DNA from: Folioceros fuciformis
Taxonomy: Eukaryota
Reading direction: 5' to 3'
NCBI GenBank assembly: GCA_049999805.1
Contig: JBNGIO010006371.1
Location: 21,413 to 85,412 of the forward strand
DNA: 64,000 bases
Under the pieces are notes generated by a model. That model did not search any database. It worked only from the letters and a program-made list of their open reading frames with translations, and was not told where the DNA came from. Below, one piece after another: positions 55,751 to 64,000 of the stretch; the stretch's first letter is position 1, and every line of letters starts with the position of its first letter. Position numbers and translations under genes: made by a program.

Positions 55751-55984
55751 AGGAAAGGAACAATTTCATTTGTCCTGCCAGAATGTGTAGACACTGATGC
55801 CTAGCTTCCAGAACTGTCCAAAGAAGTTCAACTTGCTATACAACTTCACTGCCCCGAGCTTACAAATTTGACATGGAACCCAGCTCACGATGCAGGTGTC
55901 TCCGAAATCGTAGTACACGAACTTCAGGTCACGCATTTCCCCAAAGCTAAAGCATCAAAGAAAAGTCTTGCCGTTTCTCTGGAG

Positions 55985-57830
55985 CAATATCAGAAGAGGA
56001 ATATTACCTGGGATTCTCTCGCAATTTTTCTCCAGAAGAGATCGTATCGATTCCAATGGCCGCAGCAACCTGGACGAAGGGATGAGCCCAGATCTTTGTC
56101 TCCGGATCAATAGTCACGTCCCTCGTCCACAATTCCTTTTCTGTCTTCGTGTTTGCTGGAACACCATGCTCGAACAACTCTGCCCGTCAGCCACAAGAAC
56201 AGACAGATACTTCGTGCTACCACAAGAAGAGCGTAAATCCTAAGAACTTCTAATTCAGACAGGATGGAAGAGTAAGATAATGTCCGTGAGCGGCCCAGAG
56301 TGTGTTTTGGCTCCGAGCATCCACATTCTCATCACCAAATCGGAAAACAACAACAGACAAAAACCAGGCAGTGCACCAGCTGGGTGCCAATGTTGGCACG
56401 ACCAATTCACATCAAGCGCAACCGAATTGTGTAATGGGGAAGAGATTGTGGGATTGCTTTAGACAAGTTCTGGACTTGAATCCCCCTTTTACATCAAATT
56501 TTAAACAGGTTTGTCATCAGTAGAGGCCCCCAGCACCCCAGCGACGTTTCCTACCACCGTGCCAGTCTGTCCCCCTCGCGAACATCTGGGCTCTTAACAG
56601 GGTCGCTTACGGAAATCTGGATTATTCCTATTCTGTTTCAGTCCTTCCGCACAAGCTGCAATGATGCTGTGCCCGGATTCTGTGTTCTTGTGCAACAATC
56701 TGCCTGTTGGTGGTCTTCTGCTCAACTAGTCTCTTCCCGATGAAGCACTTTTGTTATTTGGAGGGGTTCCTCGCTGTTAAGTTCTTCTATGGCTTCGAGA
56801 ACTGTAAGCTTTGGTGCCTGTCTGACGTACTGTTATGCAGCCAGCAGGAAAGGGGAGGGTTCAAGAGATGGTGGAAGAGGCATCCGTCCTTTTTTCTGCA
56901 GTGTCTTGTCCTGTCTGTGGAGGCGGTCGGCGACAGGGAGCTAGAGCCTCAAGGTCATTTCAAATGGCTCCACCTCCTTACATTGCAAACTGCTGGTGGC
57001 CAGTAGTCGGCGACAGAATCGTAAGACTTTGGCTAACGGACTGGAGGTGAGGGTCCTCCGTTCATCTGAAGACTATCTGGAGCCCTGGTACTTCGAAGAA
57101 GCACACATGCACTCTGTGAAGGTTGATGCCGGCGGCTCTTCTCAACTCTGACCACGGAAACAGGTGTTTTGAGGCATTGTGGTGCCCCTCCTGCAGCATC
57201 TGCAACTCTAGCAAGGAACTCACAAGCGAACATATTTTTCTAATAGTGACACCTGGCTCGCCAGGTTAGGCTCAAGGATAGGTGCAGGGTGATGGTCAAT
57301 TTTTCTGGTGTTCTGGAGTCCAATGCCGTGTTTGGCTTGAACGCTTCTCTGGTCGGTTGGGCCAGTTGTGGCCGGTGCTAGGGCTGCTGTCTTTCACACT
57401 CTCTGTGTGCAATGGATACGGATAGCTGGAGTAACCCTATTGCTGATGGCTCTGCCTCCTGTACTCAGCTGTTGCGGCTGCCATGCAAAATCGGTGATCT
57501 TCAATTCTTCTCTCCTCTGTCTTCGATCTCGCTGAGACACGGGTTTCCAATGAATGTGGCAGGGCGTGCTTCATTGTGCCATCCTCGTTCCGTGCAAGCA
57601 AAGTTGCAAAATTGATCATTACACAGATCATCCCAAGCTTGGGAGAGAAACCAGAATTCCACGCCTCCGGCCAACAACCAGAGGACATACCTTCAGAGAA
57701 CTGTCATCTTACTGGAAGACCCTACCAGCAATTTGCGGACTAGTTGTGTGCTGACCACATACGGGTCCAATTTGACTGTCACCGAAATCATTCACCAGCC
57801 TCGAGCAGATTGGAACGAGCGACTCCTGAG
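55985..57830 (-). pseudogene. CXE pseudogene fragment 2, split by an insertion
   Basis: 57516-57830 gives the start region and LARNEDGT...TRVSARSK; 55985-56149 continues ELWTRDVTIDPETKI...YDLFWRKIARE, colinear with intact CXE. Confidence 0.8.
56150..57515. mobile_element. ~1.37-kb insertion flanked by a 10-bp target-site duplication
   Basis: TCTGTCTTCG at 56140-56149 and 57516-57525; removing the insert and one copy restores the CXE frame; no terminal inverted repeats seen. Confidence 0.65.
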
Positions 57831-58159
57831 TGATCTGTGCCAGCATGCCAGCTGCGGAGAAGCCAGGCTGGTAAAGATCGCCACAACAAGATCGTGAATC
57901 CCTATGCGCCCTGGGTTCAGACAGAATGGAAGAGAAAGATAATGATAGCCACACACCATCAGCGCAATTCATCATTCCAGACTTTGCGTAACCTGAAATT
58001 AAATTCTTGAGATCGAACAGCGTATTTCATGAACACGGAAACTGAGGTGAAGATTCTATAAGAAGAGAAGAGAGAGCCAGTTTGTTTGCAAGAGTCCTCC
58101 ACAAGTTTCACTCCGCTTAGTACCAGGTCGAGAGAGTGTGAAGTGTGGAATTCTTAACA

Positions 58160-59791
58160 ATGAAGAAGGTTTTGTTTATTGTCTTTAGTTTATGTACATT
58201 TGTGTTGTTTGGAAATGCTGATCCTATACCAGCTCCTAACTTTTCTGAATGTAACAACGAAGAATGTTGTCCTATGAGCGTTTATGAGGCTCCCATCCTT
58301 TTCACACATCCAACTCAAGAGGAACTTCCGACAATTCGTGTGCGACGTCCTTCACATCTTTTGACGGTTGCGGAGCAGGAACGACTTGCCAAAGCTTACG
58401 AATTGATGAAAGCTCTGCCACACGATGATCCTCGAAGCTTTGAGAATCAACGAAGACTCCATTGCTCATATTGTACTTTGCAGATTCCTCTTCCATGGAC
58501 GGATTTGAGCACAGGAGATTTCACGAAGATGCAAGTTCATTATACTTGGTTTTTTCTGTCTTGGCATCGTTGGTTTCTATACTTTCATGAAAGGATTCTT
58601 GCCTCCTTACTTAATGATACGACGTTTGCATTGTCCTACTGGAATTGGGATAACCAAGATGTTGCATCTCTTCCCAATGCATTTCCAACTCCGTTTGTGA
58701 TCTACGAGTCCTTGAGAGATGACCATCGAAATCGAAACCATATTCGACCTGCCATTGCTAATCTCTCATTTCAGGAGGATTCATTGGAAACACCTCCTTA
58801 CATCCCAGATCTACAAAACAACACCGAAGAGCTGCGGACAAATAATCTAGCTGTCATGCATTTGGCAATGGTCATGGGTTCCACCACAAGGCTCTTATTT
58901 TACGGACAGCCCTTTCGGTATGGAGATCCAACTATAACAGACCCTTTAGCATCTGGACAAGGACTGATAGAAGCAACTATGCACGACTCAATACATACTT
59001 GGGCTGGCAACCTCTACGAGGATGGAGCATTGGATATGGGGTCTATTGCTGGAAGTGCAAATGATCCAATATTCTTCGCACATCACTCCAACATCGACCG
59101 CTTGTGGAACACATGGAAAAGTTTGGGTGACTGGCGGCAGGAGATCAGCGATCCAGACTATTTGAATTCAGAGTTCCTTTTCTATAATGAAAAGGCCGAA
59201 CCTGTTATTGTTAAAGTCCATCAAGGCGTGGATGCAGAGACTCAACTGCGTTACAAATTTGAAGAGCCGCCTAACAATGGTAACAAGAAGTGGTATGAAT
59301 TCAAACCCAAAATGTGCTCAAACTTTACATCTAGCGACGATAGATTGGCTTGGATAAACTCCATACCAGCATACAACGGAACAACTCTCCAAGTTGTCTG
59401 GCATTCTCCTGCCGTGTTACGAGTTGCAAGGCCACCACGAAGAAGTGAAACACCCAGCAACTCCACTGTAACAGAGGTGCTTGTCTTTGAGGGTATCCAA
59501 GTGGATTGGTACAAACCAGCCTTGATTCGTGCCTTCTTGTTGTATCCTAATGCTTCAGACGCAGAGAGGAACTTAGGTTGTGCAGAATTCTCTGGCGTCT
59601 GGGGCAATATTGCTAACTTTATTCCTGCTGCAAATAGAACATTATGCCGTGTTGGGTTGAGCCTTAAGCTAGATGAATTGGGTGCCAATGACTTAGATGA
59701 GATTGTAGTGACTATTGTTGCAGGAGTCCAACACTCAGCGGACAATCCAATCACTATTGGCAAAGCCTATATCGAGTATGAAGTTGTGTGA
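58160..59791 (+). CDS. PPO: Polyphenol oxidase with secretory signal peptide, intronless (PPO-2)
   Basis: MKKVLFIVFSLCTFVLFGNA|DPIPAP; CuA HCSYC...VHYTWFFLSWHRW; CuB EATMHDSIH...DPIFFAHHSNIDRLW; clear paralogue of PPO-1. Confidence 0.95.
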   Translation: MKKVLFIVFSLCTFVLFGNADPIPAPNFSECNNEECCPMSVYEAPILFTHPTQEELPTIRVRRPSHLLTVAEQERLAKAYELMKALPHDDPRSFENQRRLHCSYCTLQIPLPWTDLSTGDFTKMQVHYTWFFLSWHRWFLYFHERILASLLNDTTFALSYWNWDNQDVASLPNAFPTPFVIYESLRDDHRNRNHIRPAIANLSFQEDSLETPPYIPDLQNNTEELRTNNLAVMHLAMVMGSTTRLLFYGQPFRYGDPTITDPLASGQGLIEATMHDSIHTWAGNLYEDGALDMGSIAGSANDPIFFAHHSNIDRLWNTWKSLGDWRQEISDPDYLNSEFLFYNEKAEPVIVKVHQGVDAETQLRYKFEEPPNNGNKKWYEFKPKMCSNFTSSDDRLAWINSIPAYNGTTLQVVWHSPAVLRVARPPRRSETPSNSTVTEVLVFEGIQVDWYKPALIRAFLLYPNASDAERNLGCAEFSGVWGNIANFIPAANRTLCRVGLSLKLDELGANDLDEIVVTIVAGVQHSADNPITIGKAYIEYEVV

Positions 59792-60692
59792 GATTCTAGA
59801 TTTCAGATGAATCTATCATTCTAGACCATAAGATAATGTACTCGTCTCTTATGTCTTTGTAATAAGAATCCACTTTATTGAATGTATCAATGGGCTTTTT
59901 ACTAAGGCAACAGCGCAACACTTAAATTGCTCAACCATTGGATGTTGTGTTGGGCTCAGATTGCATCACGATGTTTGGATTGATCTCATAAACTAGGCAC
60001 AAATTTTGTTCATATATTTATTATAACTAATTTAAAATATTATACATTATCTTTAGTTGTTTAAAAACATATAAATATAAATCATAGAGTACACAAAGTT
60101 GGTAGGCTCCAGATGATAACGAAATCCTGCTCTTCTTTTCTTCAAATCACGTTGGCATAGAAGTTGCTTTATGACTGTTATAAAAAGGCTTGTATGAGCA
60201 TGAATCGATATAAAAGATTGAAGTAGGTTGTCAGCAAACTACCGGACGGAAATACCGAGCGGGAGTCCAGACCCCGAAGTAGTTGACAGCGGTACGGCCG
60301 CCCGGGCCAGGTGGAACGTTAACATTATAGAGAATTGTGGGACTAGTGTTTGATTTGAAGTCTCCATCTCGGCAACAGACCAGTAGACGTCGGTTGGATG
60401 CGACGCGAATTGTTCATTCGGGTCTAGCTCGTACGCTGCCCTGGCTCTGCTGTTGCCTTCCCATTTGCTGGTCAGAATGTGGTTGCTGGGAGGCGCTCTC
60501 GAGGAAGGCGATGCCGGTGGTCATTTTCTTGCTCTTCCATGCTGTCTGAATTCGGCGCTCTCAGTGTTCACGACCTTCGTCTGGACGTCCCTACTGGCCT
60601 GAATCCTCCGCATCCGGCAGCAGACATCGCGCGCGCACAACACTCTTACCCGGTTCAGCTGGAGCCTGGGGAACGATTTCGGTGACGTGAAG

Positions 60693-62063
60693 ATGGACGG
60701 CGGGTGAGTGTTCGCTGCATGCACCTGCTGCATAGGTTGCTGGATGGCTCTGTTTCCGATTCCTCCTGTCATTTGGCTGAAATGCTCTCCTCCGGTTGCT
60801 GTGCAGGCGGAGGCTTCCTGTCCCTTATAAGATGCGGCTGGTGTCGTATGTTACGAAGTTTACATCGGGGCTTGCACGCAACAGAGATGGCACAATTAAC
60901 CGCCGAATTGCAGATCTGTTTGAGCCTCGTGTCCGAGCTAACGGGACTCCAGCGAACGGAGTGTGGACGAGGGATGTGATTATTGAGCCGGAGACAGAGA
61001 TCGGGGTTCGTCTCTTCGTCCCGGTTGCGGCGGACAATACAGAGCAGGCCCAAGGAAAAAAGTTTCCGGTGGTTGTTTACTATCATGGAGGAGGATTCTG
61101 TATTCTAACCCCCTATTTCATTGTTTATGATCGTTTCTGTAGAAGAATCGCGAGAGAGTACGAGGTAATTTTGCTTGCGAGTCTTCTGTTGCTAATCTTG
61201 TTTGCATTATCGTCGGCTGTGTTCAGTCTTAGTTTATGATGGTGTGGCAGGTGATCGTCGTCTCAGTGCATTACCGAAGGGCCCCCGAGTTTAAGTATCC
61301 TGTGGCCTACGAAGACAGCTTCAAGGCCTTGAAATGGCTCCAAACCCAGAGTAAGAATATCCTGCCAGCCAGTGCAGACTTGGGGAATTGTTTTTTGATG
61401 GGGGACAGTGCTGGCGGAAATATTGTGCATCACATGGGAGTGAAGGCTTCAGGCATGGCTCACGAATTGTTACCGTTGTTCATATCTGGCCTCGTCTTGC
61501 TGCAGGTAACAGCACTGAGTTACGCATCTTCTTGAATATCATCTTAGGGCCAGTTGGATTGCTTTCTCCTGAATCATAGTCGGCAACAACATGACCAAGT
61601 GACATGCTGCTTGCAGCCCTTCTTTGGCGGCGAGAACAGAAGCCCCGCAGAAGTACATCTCAAAGACGCACCCGTCATATCCGTGACTGCCACGGACTGG
61701 TACTGGAAGGCATTCCTTCCACAAGGTGCCGACAGAAATCATTCGGCGTGCAACGTCACAGGTCCGCATGAAGAGGACATCTCTGGTCTCAATTTACCAC
61801 CGTCCTTTGTTGCTATTGCGGGATGGGATATACTGAAAGACTGGGACAACGAGTACGCGGAGAAATTGAGAGCGGCTGGGAAGGACGTCGAGGTCAAGAC
61901 GTATCCCAATGTGGGGCATTGCTTCTTTCTGTTGAGCGATAGGGCACCTGCCACCCTGGAGCTAGTGCGTGATGTGAAGGGTTTCATCGAGGCCAAGACA
62001 GCGCAAACTGCTGTGAAAGCGCCACACCAACCTACCGAAACAGAACCAACCTTCCAAGACTGA
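60693..62063 (+). CDS. HSL-family carboxylesterase, CXE18/GID1-like, 4 exons
   Basis: Micro-exon MDGG then RRLPVPYKMR...RNRDGTINRR; HGGGF, YRRAPE, GDSAGGN (Ser), GWDILKD (Asp), VGHCF (His). Confidence 0.92.
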
Positions 62064-62405
62064 ACCCCCGGCGGAGACTTTTATGGAACAATCTCCCGAG
62101 ACCTCGACAAATTAGTCTGACCAGAAAGCTTCCAAGACAGACCCACGAGCGGAGGAGTCGACAACTTAAACTCCCGAGACGTTGCCAGATTAAACTGACC
62201 AGAATACTTAGACATTTAATACCCACAGGGCATTCAGAACTGTGGAATCAAGATTCAAGCTCCTGTACAACTTCTTGAGTGTGGAAGGCCTCGACAGTGG
62301 ACCCTTCTCGCGACTGCACTGCAGAGCAACGACGCCTTGTTTCAGCCAATTCCATATCGGGTATAGTTCTCAGCGAAGAAATCAAAGTAGTTACCGTCCG
62401 TTGCT

Positions 62406-63916
62406 TCACACAGCTCCCCCAAGCTCAAGCATCAAAGTGAAGTTGGTATCGTCTGAGGTGGGTCCTGTGAACTGTATTGGGCCTGGACACCGATATTTGT
62501 TTTCCTTGGCCCATACATCTCGCACGGCAGCGAATTTTTTGAAAGGTGCACCATCCAGCTCAACCATTGCCTTCTTGATCACAGGTTTGTTCTTTCCCTT
62601 CCTTCGCTCCACATCCATGAGCTGGGTCAAAGCAGTGCCCCCAACAGTCCAGTCCGTGGCTGGTGCCAGCAAGTTGCCCACGGACGCAATCAGTCCAGTT
62701 TGGCCAGCATGAAGCAGCACAGCAGCGGCATACCCCAGTGCGTTGCAGTAGGCAGCATCGAAATTTGAGGGCATTCCACACCGGCCTTCATATCCAAAAA
62801 AATGAGACTGCCCCTTGAACGAGCCTAAGTATCTGCCATCTTGCTTCCTTGCTAAAAGCTCGGTTTCCACCATGGTGATGAGCATCTTTTCGGTTTCAAT
62901 CCGAGCAACCTGGACGTTCCCATGAGGATCCCTCTCCAAAAGGAGATCCTCTTGGATCCCGCCAGGCAGTAATTCAAAAAGCTCGCGACTCTCGTTGCTC
63001 AGTTTCAACTTCCACTTGCCTTCTTCGTCCACGCTGTCGTGCGCCAGAAACTCGTTTAGTTCAGCTATGAGACGCTGTATCTCAGGAATGAAGTCAATAA
63101 GGCCCTCCGGAATGAGAATAACTCCAAAGTTCTGACCACGTTCGGCCCGTTGACACACGACATCTGCTAGATGGTTAGTGACCTGCTTTAGAGTACTTTG
63201 ATGCAGAGCGACCTCTTCACCAATCAGAGCAACATTCGGATGTGTCTGAAGAGCACATTCTAGAGTAATGTGTGAAGCAGCACGGCCCATCAACCTCACA
63301 AAATGATAATATTTGCCTGTAGATCGAGCATCTACCATAACGTTGCCAATCAGCTCAGAGTAAATCTTGCATGCAGTGTCGAACCCAAAACTGGTGGGCA
63401 CCTGGCTGCTCTTGAGGTCACCATCAATGGTCTTGGGGCAACCAATTACTCGTGTCTTCAAGTTCTTCTGCCTGAAGTATTCAGCAAGCAGGCAGGCATT
63501 GGTGTTGGAATCATCACCGCCAATGACCACGAGACCATCCAGGTCCAGCTTCACAACAGTGTCCTCTGCCTGCTTGAACTGCTCTGCAGTCTCAATCTTG
63601 TCCCTGCCACTGCAAATAATGTCGAAACCCCCCTGATTGCGATAAGGGAACAGAAAACCATCCGTGATCTCAACCACCTTGTTCCTCATAATACCAGCAG
63701 GCCCTCCTCTGAAACCGTAGAGCACACTCCCACTGGCATGCGTCTGCAGATAATCGAAGATTCCAGCAATAACATTATGCCCTCCAGGTGCCTGTCCTCC
63801 AGAGAGCACTACTCCCAGCTTCAATTTTCGCTCAGCGTCCAAAACGTGCAGCTCACTAGCCACAATCTGCGCGGATGGCTGCCCGTACACGTTCGGGAAC
63901 AATTTTGCAATCTCCT
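62406..63916 (-). CDS. PFP-BETA: Pyrophosphate--fructose-6-phosphate 1-phosphotransferase beta subunit (3' exon; gene continues beyond the window)
   Basis: SGGQAPGGHNV, GGDDSNTNA (beta-type), PKTIDGDL, LMGRAASH, FFGYEGR, PGPIQF; acceptor AG at 63918-63917. Confidence 0.95.
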
Positions 63917-64000
63917 CTGCGGGAACAAACCCTTCTTGTCAGCTTCAAGCAAATGCAAGCACGAAACCGGCAGCCTCCACACTGCACACAACACTCAGCG

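Noticed and set aside
52408-59791. PPOs as recent horizontal acquisitions (intronless, more AT-rich)
   Set aside because: They carry plant-PPO features (PIPAP, HCxYC, DWL-like and C-terminal domains), and plant PPOs are commonly intronless
60693-62063. Gibberellin receptor GID1
   Set aside because: The catalytic His is retained, so it is a CXE rather than a canonical receptor

Overview
This is gene-dense land-plant nuclear DNA with short GT-AG introns and three 100-N assembly gaps. The DYW:WW-type PG box, secretory PPOs and compact introns suggest a hornwort or similar seed-free plant (inference). The left and middle hold mostly housekeeping and proliferation genes: a DUF1218 membrane protein, a PLS-E+ PPR, SmD2, a clade II serine carboxypeptidase-like gene, a coiled-coil RING gene with an apparent frameshift, MCM4, organellar DNA polymerase I, NOC4, a PLS PPR with a broken DYW:WW domain, and RSL1D1. 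A probable truncated LTR element with a long acidic ORF follows. The right ~24 kb holds phenolic/oxidative enzyme genes: PAL, cytosolic-type APX, two intronless secretory polyphenol oxidases with atypical active-site residues, a GID1-like carboxylesterase and an intron-poor PFP-beta. LINE and CRE-type retroelement relics are interspersed, and nested inverted duplications left CXE and PFP pseudogene fragments. Exon boundaries were read by eye and no database searches were run.
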